Of a stretch of DNA of 64,000 bases, positions 29,967-59,639 are shown one piece after another. Both the position numbers and the translations under genes were made by a program. Every line of letters begins with the position of its first letter. Position 1 is the stretch's first letter. Source of the DNA: Amoebidium appalachense (Eukaryota; Protista; Ichthyosporea); the NCBI GenBank assembly GCA_963693365.1, contig CAVNZM010000001.1:13440418-13504417 (forward strand). Reading direction: 5' to 3'. Under the pieces are notes generated by a model. That model was not told the DNA's origin, searched no databases, and saw nothing but the letters and a program-made list of their open reading frames with translations.

Positions 29967-31043
29967 GGGGGGGGGGGGGGAGGTACGGGTGGGTGAAAAG
30001 GGGGAGTGCTTTATCGTTTCACACAGTACAAAGGACAAAGGTATCGATTGAAAAGCATTCAGACATTTCTATCCCCCCCCCCCACCCCCTCTCTCTCTCT
30101 CTCCCCCCCCCCCCCCCCCGCCATCTCTCCACCCTCTCCCCCCCCCTCCCCCCCCCCTCCCCCTCCCCCTCTCCCCGGCCAGAAAGACCCGAAAGCACTA
30201 TCATCATTTCGACCAACCCGGAATATCCACAAGGAACCCCAATCACACCGCACCTTCTGCTCATGGGCCCATCCCCCTTGCAGTGCAGCGACTCCACGGG
30301 TGCCCCCCCCTCCACCTGGCTCTCCTCCACCATCAGCCTCTCTCCCCGGCCACCGCACCACAACACCAACACTTTGTGCACGTCCCTGTGTCCGGAATAA
30401 TGCTCGGACGCGAGACGGACGTTGGCCAAACGTTCAAAGTATTCTGCATATAGTACCACCGTAATTCCGTCCGCCTTGGGTTTTGGTGGTGGTGGCAGGG
30501 GTGGAGTATTTTCTTCCGGTTCAGGTTCGGGTTCGGGTTCCGGTTCGGGTTTCGGTTTGTGTTTTTGTTTCGGCTCTACCGTCTCAACTATAAAGTCGTC
30601 TTCCCTTAAACCGGATGACGATTGGTCGACACCCCCCATCCCGGGTTCTGGTTGGTCGTTGCTATTTGCGGGTGTTTCTGATTGGGCGCCATCCGTATTT
30701 TCCTTCTCCATTTCCTTTTCTTTCTCCTTCTTGTTCCGCACGTCCATCAGTATTTTTCCCAAGTCGAAGTTCACGTCGGTGCCGTCCTCCTCGCCTGCTT
30801 TTTCGTTCTCCGTTTCGTTTTTTACCGTACTTGGCGTCCACTTCACCTTTGGCTCTTCCCCTTGGTATTCTTTTGCCGTTGTAGCCATTCTTTGAATGAC
30901 GCTGCAGGGGGTAAAATGTTAGAAAGGTGAGGGGAAGGATTTGCCGCCCAGAGGGGGGGGGGAGGGGAGGGGGGAGATACAACTTTATAAGAGAAGAGTC
31001 AAAGAGTGTGCGTGTGTGCTTGTGTGGTGTGAGTGTAGGGGCG

Positions 31044-31085
<42 letters not shown>

Positions 31086-31568
31086 ACACACACATGCACA
31101 GACACGAGAGCCGCGTAAACAAATGCACACCCGCACAACCGCAAGTACGTGCACACACGAATGCTTGCATACACCCTCACATGCAGACGCGTGCGCGCCC
31201 ACCCGCATGCACGCACACACACATCACACAGATAGACAGACACATACGCACACACGCACACACACGAACACACCCATGTAACAAACTCACCTGTCATCAA
31301 ACGTATCCAGTGGCGGTGCAGTGTCCACCCACAGATACTTAAGCCCAAACCACGCCAGCACCACCGCTGTGACAATCGACCCCTGCACGCACCTCCTCCT
31401 CCCCCTCCCTACCCTCTGGCTCTTCTTTGAGTATCCCATTTCTATTTCTGTCTCTGCAACGGGTTCTGTTGCTGCGGTTACAATGGCGGCCTGAGTGCGG
31501 TCGGTGGAGAGAAGTTGTGTTTGAGACTCGCTCAAGAGTTCAACGGCCGAATCCTCGTGGGAAGTCAT
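27935..31568 (-). CDS. Type II membrane glycosyltransferase family 64 (EXTL2/EXT C-terminal-like), degenerate active site
   Basis: Phase-consistent exons 31568-31291, 30901-30254, 29694-29507, 29093-28941, 28227-27935. N-terminal TM (SIVTAVVLAWFGL) and acidic/Pro stem, then GT64-like ITVVLY..R...EHYS...HKVLVLW, IETDAVLLVEDD, W...RLVGATPR, LIHYVD...C. Confidence 0.8.
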
Positions 31569-32681
31569 GTGAGCAGGGGCAGGGAATCACGATTAATGAG
31601 CATTCCTTCTAAATAGAACTGTAGAATTTTAAGTAAATCTCTGCTTTGAGGTTATTGTTTTCCTGTATTTTCCTGTTTGTGTTACTGGCCGAAGTTAGGC
31701 CTAGGGGTTAAAAAACTGATGCTAGAAGAAGATGTGACGAGGTATAGCAAGACTTATAATAACCGCCACATTCATAACTGCAGGAGTGTTGAGACGGTGT
31801 TACTACCAGTATAAATGGAGCGCTTGTGGTGAGTGTGTGGATAAAATGTACACACACAGGGGGCTTGGAGCTGGGCTGTGTGGGCTGCGTGGCTGGGAAG
31901 TGGCTGAGTGGCTGCATGTGAGCCACAGTCGCATCTGATTGGTGAACCCTTGCCGCCAAAACGGGGGTAGATCTGTGAATGCTGTGGCTTGGGTGCTGCC
32001 AGATGATTCACAGAGGTGTCACCATACGTCAATCCATTGATCATTATCTTTATACATAGGTACCCTGATTGTTCATATTTATTAAAAATATTTGCGCTAC
32101 TGTAAGATTTTTCTATATTATTCTGGAGTCCCGGGTTCTAAATTCTAGCTACTACTATTACCGAGTGACAACGGACACATGCCTGTGTCATTACTGATCA
32201 GATAATTTACCCCTCTTAAAAATCCCCTATTTCTATTGGTTGCGTTGCCAAGTGGCTTTGATTGGCGGGTTGGTGATAGCCTCTCGGCCAGAGGTGTCAC
32301 CGTGTGTCATTTGTTTTTGTTTTTTTCAGCTGTTGTAGTCCAACTAACGTTATGAACATTTCAAAAAGGAACAGAACTAACTCTTACGCGCTCGTTTAGT
32401 TTAGAACGCACCCATATATACAGGACAATGCACCTATAGCAATGAGCTTGCACCGAATAGTTTATCCTCCCACCATACGTTTCGGCCGACCAATGTAGCA
32501 TGTGCTCTGGTCCGAACTCGCAATCTCGAGAGTTCGGTCATCACCTGATCAACCCAAGATGCAGGCCAACTTTTTTTGTGTAGTCTTTTGAGCGTCTGCT
32601 AGTTGATAGACTGCATAGTTGCTCTAGCATAATACTACCACACACATCTTTGACTCGTGTGATTGTTTCGTGAATCTGATC

Positions 32682-37454
<4,773 letters not shown>

Positions 37455-38215
37455 GCAGATCGTCATTACTACCTTAATTAATTTTTAGTTATATCCATTT
37501 TTGTTTAATATTTTTTTTTAAGTCCCCGCTGGTTTTCTTGCTGCCGAAAATTCACCTGACTGCATATTCACTCATGCCACGATGACACGAATGATTGGCT
37601 CAATCTTGCGGCCAGTAGCTATAGATAGTTAATAATACTTTTATCGAACTACTCAAAAAGTAGTGATTGTACATGTACGTATGCCCAGGGCTTCCAGTAA
37701 ACTCTCTGAGATGAGTCAGTGTTCATTTTCGACTATAAAACATATCGATCATTCTTGGAAAAAGGTAAAAGATCCCCCCCTCGCTCCCCCGCGCCCCGTG
37801 CGTCCGCCCCGCCTCTAGCCCGCGTCGGGAAGTGCCACTCGCCCCCCCCCTCCCCTCCCCCCCCCCCCCCCCCTGCCCTCCCCCCTCCTCCTCCCCCCCT
37901 CCCTCCTCTCCCCTCCCCCCCTCCCTTCGCCAATTATAATGCCAATTTGAATATTTCACGTCACCACAGAGTCTACAGACTCTAAGAAATTTGTAAAATC
38001 TGGTTTACACAAATTTGGAAAGGGGGAGGGAATGTGCTGTTTATTAACGACATGTAGTTGAGCTGTGATGAGATGTCGGCACCAAGGCCAACAGTACTTC
38101 CACCCAACAAGATATAGATGTACAAATCTATGTTACACTTCCATCATAAAGATTTTTATGTGGAGATGTAACGTATCAGATAAACATCGTATGTGGAGAC
38201 ATACCGTTCTTTTCA

Positions 38216-38252
<37 letters not shown>

Positions 38253-38419
38253 GTTGTTGTTGTTTTTTATTTTTTTACCGATCGACCGCAAGTCGGCTGC
38301 AGCCTGCATTTTGATATTGAAGCATTGAATTCACGGTGAAAGATCTTACGGAGACTTTGGCCTATAGTAGCCTCCTGCGTGTACTGTATACTATGATAGA
38401 TGTCTAACCAAGAGCCAAC

Positions 38420-38472
<53 letters not shown>

Positions 38473-38972
38473 CCGCCCCTCCCCTCCACCTCCTCCTCTT
38501 CCTCCTCCTCCCGTGTACATGTGCCATGAGTAAGACGGTCATCAGGGTCATGAGAGCAAGATAGTTGGCCAATTCGTGCTGGATGGACCTTTACTAAAAA
38601 CAGTGCTAAATCAAGCAGATCCAAAATAGGTATTGAATGCAAGGAGCAAAAAGCTCAGGCTGACCCTGATTACAAGTGTATGGCCATATTTCTTTTCTTT
38701 GTCTAAGAAAAATTACTTGACATGCGTGCTAATCGTGCAGAGAAACTATTAATATCACTTTGTTTGCAGGGTACTCAGTAGGGGTTTACGCTGTTTACTC
38801 GAGGCAAAGAGAACCAGTCTCAGGTATGGGGGGGGTTTTGCTCGGAATATCCCCTCAGCGGTATATCATGATCACGTACATAGATGTCGGGTGGTGACTA
38901 TATATCAGGGTTTACTTTCTCTACGAGACACCATAAAGACTACAAGGAGAAATCAATTAGTTGGGGTTCCCC

Positions 38973-38973
<1 letters not shown>

Positions 38974-39012
<39 letters not shown>

Positions 39013-39075
39013 TTTTTTAATTTTAATTTTAATTTTTTTAAAGGGGCTTCCCTCGGGACACTCGGTATCAGCTGG

Positions 39076-39134
<59 letters not shown>

Positions 39135-40832
39135 GTGTGTGTGTGTGCGCTATAATTTTGTAGTGATGTGTTTCTCAAGCCAATCAATACATCTAATAAA
39201 CAGGTCGTAGTTACGCGTGTTTAGTATAAAATCAAGGATGTTGTAATTTACAGGTAGGCTATCTTTCTGGGTGTCTGTTGTGAATGTGACGTGTGTGTGT
39301 TGCGGTATTATGTGGTCTATCAAACTACATTTGGCGATACATGACCGGTTAAACTGGTGTGTGTGTGTGTTGTTTGGGCATGCAAATGATGCCACCTTAT
39401 ACTTATTAGATCTCCACTGTATAGCACGTGTACAGTAAAAGCGTGGTAATTGATCAATAATACCATCAGCTAGAGAAAGACCAGTTCTACAGGAAGGTAA
39501 TATGTATTTAGGTGTTATACACTTGCGAGTGCCATATTTGGCAATATGGTTGAGGCGGTCAGTATATATAAAACGAGACATAAGGCTTAGTTTTTCAAGG
39601 TGTATGCTTTCATCGGGTCTAGTGTTGTGTGGTATCTTTTTCCATTTGTTATATTGCGTGATTATCTTGTGATTGTGTACATGTTTAATAAGTAAGTGGC
39701 AGTCCAAAGTCACACACACACTATTGCGGGGTTTATTTGTATTTGTGCCCAGGGGAGAAGGGGAGAGAGAGGGGAGGAAAGAGGGGAGAGGTGAGGAGGG
39801 GACAGGTCGGATAGAGAAGAGAGGGTGGGAGGGCAAATACTTCTTTAAGCGGCTTATGTGCTTATTGAATTTCAGCGCGAGATAGGATACTCTAGCAGCT
39901 ATTGGGACCAGACCATATATCGAGAGCGTTACAGGCCCAGGTTTACAACAGTTGTTAGATAGAAAGGAGGCAACTTCTGCTTCAAGGAAATTTGCCAAGG
40001 GTGTAAGCGCTCTAGTTCTCTCTTTCTTGATCCAAGCGGCGAGAAGGGGTAAACCATATTCACATGCCGGGAAGACAAAAGTGCGAATAAATGTAAGTCT
40101 AATAGAAGGATGGAGGGGTGTGTCTTTAAAAATATTAGCCGAGAAGAAAGCTAACCGCTTACGAGCCAACTCTACCCTCTTTTCGACCATATGGGGAAAC
40201 ATAACACCAACAGAATCAACCGGAACACCAAGATATTTGTATTCTGGAACTATAGGTACAGGTTTAGATGATAATGTAAATGTGTGTAAATTGTTAGCTA
40301 TATCAGGTACAAGAACACCACATTTGTCTATGTTAAGGATCATAAGGTTTGCCTTGCACCACTCTGACACTACATCGAACAATCTTTGCAGGCGTCTAGG
40401 GGTACGGGCAAGGAGGGACAGATCATCAGCATAGAGAAGTGCAGGCGGAAAGTTATTAATAGGGTCATCGTTTTCGGCGTAAATCTTGACAGCCAAATCA
40501 TCTATAAATAGGTTAAACAAAAAGGGGCTAAGCAATGAACCCTGCAAGAGACCTCTAGTACGAGCAAAACCATATGAAAGATGCCCATTAACCACAGCTC
40601 TACCATAGGTTTGAGACAAGAGTGCTTCTAACAGAACACCAATGCAGTGTGGTACACCCCGTGCAGCAAGCTTTTCCCATAGGAGACCAGGGGAGACAGA
40701 ATCGTAAGCAGTTTTCCAATCAATAAAGCCAACATATTGTGCACCAACTTGCATAGTATTAGATACCTTCTGGATAGTTTTAGAATCGAGCAACTTGAAG
40801 TGGAGGCAATCGAGCACTTTTGTTATCATCAT
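38974..40832 (-). mobile_element. Non-LTR retrotransposon (LINE), 5'-truncated/degenerate RT ORF (40832-39150) with 3' (CA)n and poly-A tail
   Basis: FIDWKTAYDSV, GLLQGSLLSPFLFNLFIDDL, LLYADD and YKYLGV motifs, plus a Cys-containing C-terminus. The ORF is intronless. The T-run at 38974-39007 is poly-A on the element strand. The upstream QxGF motif and endonuclease were not seen. Confidence 0.9.
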
Positions 40833-42216
40833 AGTATGCTATCTACTATATAGCACTGACTCTGATATTAGTGTTTGTTTTTTTCTTACTTGTCCAATAT
40901 AATTTTTGGGTATTATGTATATATCTGTGAGTCTACCTCCACATGTACATTATTTGAGCGACTCGATACCAGTCGTCTCTTTGAGATATCTGCGATATCT
41001 CCTTTTCTGCATGAGCACATCAATAAAGTCATTATAAAAAAAATAATAGTCACAATGCAATATTACTTAGACTCTACATTATGTATGCACTTATGCCATA
41101 CGGTACCGATACGCTAAAAGATTTCCAAGATCATGATTTGGAGATATACATTTTTGAAATTTCCTGTGATTCTGAGGTGATAGGGAGTCTGCATGCCTGG
41201 CTGGCACAAATTCCTTCCAAGTAATGTACATAGGCCTTGTATACGTTGAACGGTTGTCGTACATATTTTTTCTGTTCGAAAACATACAATGTACAAATAC
41301 CTCTAATACTCACAAGTCTACTTTACATAAATACTAGAAGAAAAAAAACAAACAATAATCACTTGGCTTTTATGTAGCCTACTAGCCTCTTCGCGATATT
41401 TCCCGCAGTACTAGTGTTCGGTGGACCATGACAAAGGGGGGTTTACGCGCAATGTATTGCTTTGTTTCGTACTCGGTTTGTGCCTCCCTCAATCAGTATG
41501 TTTGGATTGTCGCCTGCTGTTTGTCGTATGGAGGAATTGTCTCTTCGTTTTTGTTTTCATTTAGTTAGGATAACTGATGGTCACCCTCTTTATGCTTTCT
41601 TTCCCCCCCCCTCCCTCCATCCCTCTTCCCCCCCGATTCACCAACGCCACTTCTATCCGAGATCTTTCAACCTGATTCTTCCTCTCGCTATCTCACTCCC
41701 TCTTTCTTTTCTTTTCCTGTTTTTTCTGCCTTTTCGAGTTATTGCCATACGCAGTATATGTTTCTTTCTCGTTCTGATAGAGAAATTAAAGGTAAAACTC
41801 AGTCGGCATGTGTTATGTTTCTTAGGCAACACCGTACTGATCATTATCGCTTTTTGGGAGCTTTGGCAGGATACATCTCTCCTGCTGTACGTATGGATAC
41901 CACCCTAGTAGATAAGTCTGTATGGTGCTCTGATGTTGATATTGCCTGGGAAGTTGTGCAGTGGCGTTGTAATTCTTGTTTCCATCTCCGCTGGTGCCAC
42001 TTTTGTGCTGAACTTTTTGATCGAAAGCATGTTGATAGGTGTGAGTTTTTATGTCGCGTTTTACCTCTTCCCTACGGGTGTCTGCTACACTGGCTGGCAA
42101 TGTGAACACTTTAGACTTTTTGTTGAACTCTGTTGGTCGTCACATTGAGTATTTATATGATTTTCACACAGTGTTCAGGTATCTCAGTATGCACTTGTTA
42201 CTGGATAACTCGTGAA

Positions 42217-42445
42217 GTTTTTATTGTCTTCTCAGTATGCGGGGGTTACACACTTTATATATTGCGTGGACACTGCCGGAGGCCCAGCCACATTCGACGG
42301 CCTACTGCGTTTTCCAGCGCAGCCAATCAAATGCATCCAGTGACATATGTGTATGTACATGCTAGCGCCGTCCATACTTGCATATCTTTCCGTCGAATAA
42401 ATCCAGTCAAAAGAAAAAATTTTATTGCCAACGGATCGACAAAGG
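42217..42445. repeat. Dispersed repeat related to internal part of MITE at 7981-8219
   Basis: GTTTTTATTGTCT.CTCAGTATGC and GCCGT.CATACTTGCATA..TTTCCGTCGAATAAATCCAGT.AAAAGAAA are shared, separated here by about 130 extra bp. Confidence 0.65.
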
Positions 42446-42855
42446 TGTAAATATTTCAGTTTCTGCCAGTGGGCGGACTGACTGCCCCAACAAGAGCCAA
42501 GGGGCCTCAGAAGATTCTTCAAAATAGTTCCGTTGGCAAAACTGTTTGTTTACCCTGGCAGCTTGGTAACAGAAGATGGTTCTTAGGCTAGATTTATTTT
42601 TCGTGGCTAGTGATCGTGAACTAGGGAGCTAGGACATCTTTTGGACACCATCTTAGTACCCCCAATTGCAAATATATAGAGGTGCATGTTTCATTTTGAA
42701 CATCATAAAACCCGGAGCAGACCAGATCTACAGGGGTAAGGATTATCGGGTAATTATAGTGGGTGTGGGAGCTGTATAGAAGAAATTCAGCGAATATGAG
42801 AGTGTTAATCGTGCGTGGGCTGCCACCAGTGTGAGTGGGCGGCAGCACTGTGACC

Positions 42856-54483
<11,628 letters not shown>

Positions 54484-54552
54484 GTGGGAAAGGGTTGTGT
54501 GGGTGGGTGGGTGGATGGGTATGTGGGTGCGTGCGTGCGTGCGTGCGTGTTT

Positions 54553-54641
<89 letters not shown>

Positions 54642-54880
54642 ACAAATGCGTGTTGGTTTGTGTGCGTGAAGATAGGTGGGAAAAGCGCATGAATGAAGGG
54701 GGGGGGGGGGGGGGGAGGGGGGAGGGTTGAATGGGGATATGGCATGAAGGAGTGTGGAGGGGGTTTATATGATAGACTCGTTGGGTGGTGCACACGCGCA
54801 GGCAGTGAAAGATCTCGTCAATTGATTTGAATATACCCGCACATAATTTAGTAAGCAGGCGCACAGGCGCGCGTGGTCTC

Positions 54881-54914
<34 letters not shown>

Positions 54915-55846
54915 TGCACACACACACGAATAATGCGCGTGGGCTGTTGTGTTTCTTTAAATTTTGCGCAACGTTATGGTACCGGTGGGCATGCAGCTGT
55001 CGTAAATCTGAAATTTACACATTGAGGGTTGTATAGTGAACGTGGCATGCAAGAAGACGTTTCGAAAAAGCTGAAATTTCCGAGAATTCTGGTATAGGGG
55101 GATGAGAATTCTCTACTTATTTAGTAGGTGCCTGATTATGTAGTCGCGATCGAATCTTCGTTTCCGTAGGTGACCGTCAAATATATCCTGTATAACCTTG
55201 TCGTTTATTTATAAACGCTAGGAAATTTGCCATGATGCGCGCAACGCAGTTAGGAATGTGTTTTGGCATCTGGAAGATATACTTTTTCCATCTAAAGTCG
55301 ATAAAGTATCATAGACAAATATATAATATCTAAGTTATCTCGTTCGCCTATTTTTTTGGCATGCTTTCCCTTTAGAGTTTGAATGCACCAATTGACTCTT
55401 GTAATAATATTGTATTGCCCGTGCGTAGCTGTACATGTGTGCTATCTCTGCCTGGTATACGGTTTGGGAGCGTTGGTGAACGCTCGCGCCTGGATGCAAT
55501 AAACCTGTGTTGCTTATTAAAGCTTTAAAGGTCTGTGAAGGCTCAAAGTCTGGGGTTCTTGTACTCAAAATTAATGCAAATTCGAATATCATCTATGAAA
55601 AGACCGTGCTCATTGGCACCCCCTCAAATCAGCCGCTATATAATATTACTCTTAAAGGCGATCTGATGCAAATTCGCTGAGAACATGTTTGCTGAACCAA
55701 TCGCGTCCCATGGAATTGCCACCATATAAGGCTAATCACGTGATGTGTAACCTCTAAGTCAGAACGGTCGATCACGTCTTGTCCTTCAATCTTCAGGAAT
55801 TTTTGTGTTACTACTTGGTTTTTTATTATTCTATTTCTTCATGTCG

Positions 55847-55903
<57 letters not shown>

Positions 55904-55918
55904 TGTGTGTTTGTGTGT

Positions 55919-56329
55919 CAGGGTTGGGCTGGGGTTGGCCAGCTTAACCGTATTGTCCTTTGGCCAATCGTAACGTTAACGGACAGTTTCTTAATCGTAA
56001 CGGGGGGGTTCTTGGGGATCTGCAAGCCCAGCTAAAAACGCCCCTCCAGTCACAAAACTCAAAATACGCGTTTTTACAAATTAAGTATTGCAAAATTACA
56101 AGCCCTGGACACTTGATGGGGTTCGATATTGCTCATGAGAAGCCCTGTAGATATGTTCTTAAACAGAAATATTGAAAAAAATAGGTACAGTTAGATATTT
56201 GGGGGCCTTAATGCGTTTATAATGCTATACATCTGTACGAAAGCTGTTACGACGGCACCCTAACCTTATTCGTATCGGGGTCTTTCGTTAATCGTAATTA
56301 CGACGATTTTTTTTCGTAATCCCCCCCTG
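55919..56329. mobile_element. Non-autonomous hAT-like DNA transposon inserted in a (GT)n tract
   Basis: Termini CAGGG...CCCTG and subterminal (AT)CGTAAC/GTTACG/CGTAAT repeats near both ends. The flanks TTGTGTGT / GTGTGTGT are compatible with an 8-bp TSD. Confidence 0.5.
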
Positions 56330-56402
56330 GTGTGTGTGTGCGTCTGTGTGTGTGTACGTGTGTGCGCGCGCGTGTACATGTGTTTGAGTGTGTGTTTGTG
56401 TG

Positions 56403-56481
<79 letters not shown>

Positions 56482-57601
56482 TGTGTGTGTGCGTGTGTGC
56501 GTGTGTGCGTGTGTGCGTGTGTGTGTGTCTGTGCGTGTGTGTGTGTGTGTGTGCATGTGTGCGTGTGTGCGTGCGCACGTGTGCGTGTGTGCGTGTGTGC
56601 GTGTGTGTGCGTTTGTGTACATGTGTGACAACTGTGTGAGCGCATACATGTTTGGGTGTGTGTGTCCATGCGTACATGTATGGCATGGTGTGCCGCGCGT
56701 GCGGTGCCGGTGTGCAGTGCCACGTGTAACAACTTGAAACGTATGATGGCACGACTCGACGCTACAACCTCGTCGTGCTCAAGCCGTGGCTGGCACCAGG
56801 TTGGTTCCAGTTTTGCACTCCAACCTCAGCACCCCTCTGTTTTCCAGGCAGGAAGCTTCGGTTCCGGAAGTCATGCCGTGTATTTGCCGGATCTAATATA
56901 CAACCTTCTGCCTCAGACTGAAAGGCGCGCGCCGCGGCCGTGCGAAGGCAACTGGTCATGGAAGACCTGCCGTTTTGGGAATATTCAAAAGAACCTTCCT
57001 TTTATGGTAGGTGTCGTGGCAGTTGTCGCCGCATGCCAGACTCCTCCTTGTTTGGGTGTCTCAACATTTTCACAACTATATTCTCACAGTTTTAAGTTGT
57101 TTTAACAAAAGTTTAAAAAAACTGCCATGTATAGTATAGATAACAAAAAAAAAAAGCAAGATAAAATTTTATAAAACAGACAAACTTCTAATCTTTAATG
57201 TGCTAAGCATACATCATTATTATTCTCCTTACAAGCAGCTACAGGCCCATTTCAATGAATTTAACTGATTCAAGTTGTCGCATACAGTTGAAATTTTGTC
57301 CATGCAGAGACCCCCTAAGTGTAGCAGGTCACGTACGTTGCTTCCATGGCAGGAGGCTCTGTGCAGTGACGGCCATTTGAAAAGGCCTCTTTTAGGAGCG
57401 ACAAACCACCAGAAAAACATAATGGAAATAACTAAATTAGTTAGGCAGTATAAATGTACAACTGATATTTGTTTATCTAGCTGAAATACAATACAAGTAC
57501 TATGCATATTACACGCATGCATGCCATCGGATGAAACTTTGGCGGGCAGCTGCAGCAAGACACTGTAGATCTGGATAATGACGTAACGTTGTGTGATTGC
57601 A

Positions 57602-57699
57602 CCAATCAGATATTTCAAAACTATATGAGTTATGATTGGTGTATTTATTGAAACCTGCCAAATATGGCGTAACTGCAACGGCCCTTCCAGGTATATAAA
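57602..57699 (+). promoter_or_regulatory. Cofilin core promoter: CCAAT and TATA box
   Basis: CCAATCAG at 57602 and TATATAAA at 57692-57699, about 115 bp upstream of the ATG. Confidence 0.55.
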
Positions 57700-57811
57700 G
57701 GAGTGCCTGCCAGCACGATCAATCAGTCCGATCCAGTTCCCACTGTTCCGCATCCAGCCACACAAGTTCAATTTGCCTCCTCGCTCACTCGGTTGAATCC
57801 AGTTCTTCAAA

Positions 57812-58655
57812 ATGGTAAGTAACAATGTCCTTTTACGCCTCCTATACTATTGCCCAAGCCTGCACAAGCGCTTATTACGAAGCTAGATGACGTGCACGGT
57901 CCCCCAGCCACACGGCCGCGCGCGGGCTACGTATCTTTGCAAGTTATTAGCTGGAAAACGCGCACGCCAGGCTGGAGGCTGAACTGTAGCTATACGTATA
58001 AATATTCTACATGCTGTTAGCTCGAGCCCCTCGAGGTATCAAAGAGCAGGGTCTTACGTGAACTCAACCGGGCCATATGCATGATAATGATGGTCACGTG
58101 CACGGTGATCTTGCCTCAAGCATATCAATGCAAGTCGTTGTACGTATACATGTACATGTGTACACGTTCTCCTGCACATGTTTGCATCGATGTATTTATG
58201 AAAACACGTATTTTGGGTTCTGACTCTGGTACATACCCTCACAGGTCTCCGGTGTTTCCGTGAATGACAACGTCGTCACAAAGTACGGCGATATCAAGCT
58301 TGGCCACAAGCACAAGTACATGATCATGCAGATCAGCAACGACTTTAAGCAGATCATCGTGACCAAGACCGCCGAGCCCTCCGCCACCTATGACGACTTC
58401 CTTAAGGAGCTCCCGCCCACAGAGTGCCGCTATGCCGTTTATGACTTCGACTTTGAGCTGAAGGACGGTGGAAAGCGCAACAAGCTCATCTTCGTCGTGT
58501 GGGCACCCAAGGATGCCACGATCAAGCACAAGATGTTGGTATGTGCTTTTGTACAGCTTTAACTAACAATGGCCCAGCTGCTGTTGCCATGTGTGTGTGT
58601 GCTGCATAGGTCATCAAGAAGAAGGCTAGGGAAATGGAAATTCGGGGAGACAGGG

Positions 58656-58692
<37 letters not shown>

Positions 58693-59313
58693 GGGGGGGG
58701 GGGGGGGGGAGGGATAGAAGCTTGTACGCTATAGCTAATGGGTACTGGAGTAAGACCCGGTCCCGGTTTGAACGCAACCCCTAGCTAGAGTACTGTCGGT
58801 GCTGGGTGGAAGACGGTAGTTCCCCCTGAGGGCCCCTAGGGGTACCTCCGGGAACGACACGGGATTAAATAAAAAAAATAAAAAAAGGGTTGAACGCAAC
58901 ACAAAGTTAAAAACTTATCACACAGGCCTGCAGGCGTCGACAAGGTCTCATACTACGGTTAACGTTGTGCATGCACTTATTGATGGTGTTTGTCTTTGCT
59001 CTAACTAGGATTTTGATATGGGTATGTCAATATAGTATCATGATACTAGTACATGGTTTCCAGTATGATGCATTGCATACCACACGATGTGCACTTCATT
59101 TTATCACGGCAACTTAACTAAGTAGTGTTGAGGTGTTTTTATGGAATACATAGTTTAGCCCATTGGTATACTGATGTTGCTGGTGACCTGCAGACCGCGT
59201 CCAGCAAGGATGCTCTCCGAAAGAAGCTCGTCGGTATCTCCACAGAGATCCAAGCGACAGGTGCCGACGAGATCGACTACAAGGAGGTTCTCCTCAAGGC
59301 CGGTGGCGACTAA
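57812..59313 (+). CDS. COF1: Cofilin / actin-depolymerising factor (copy A)
   Basis: Exons 57812-57814 (ATG only, then GTAAGT), 58245-58538, 59194-59313: MVSGVSVND...ATYDDFLKELPPTECRYAVYDF...KLIFVVWAPKDATIKHKML|TASSKDALRKKLVGISTEIQAT...GGD*. ADF-H motifs and regulatory Ser3 are present. Confidence 0.95.
58768..58900 (+). mobile_element. Short poly-A-tailed retroposon insertion with target-site duplication in cofilin intron 2
   Basis: TTGAACGCAAC at 58768-58778 and 58890-58900 flanks about 110 bp ending in AAATAAAAAAAATAAAAAAA. Confidence 0.7.
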
Positions 59314-59489
59314 ACTACTCTTCAGAATGACGGCAGTTGTGTGCACTCGTATATTATCTCGTGTAATGGGTTTAAACTTGAGCTCTTGAAAATCTTTAGG
59401 AGCTTTGAGGGGGCCAATGTTCGTGGTTATGCGTAAGTGTTGTGTGATGTGCACCCCGAGTACTACTGTGCTTTGCCCTTTTCCTCCCT

Positions 59490-59639
<150 letters not shown>

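Noticed and set aside
38540-38700. Cys-containing peptide resembling a transposase zinc finger
   Set aside because: It is too short, and no diagnostic motif can be supported.
57229-57825. 198-aa minus-strand ORF
   Set aside because: It overlaps the cofilin promoter and first exon, has a non-ATG start and shows no recognisable domain.
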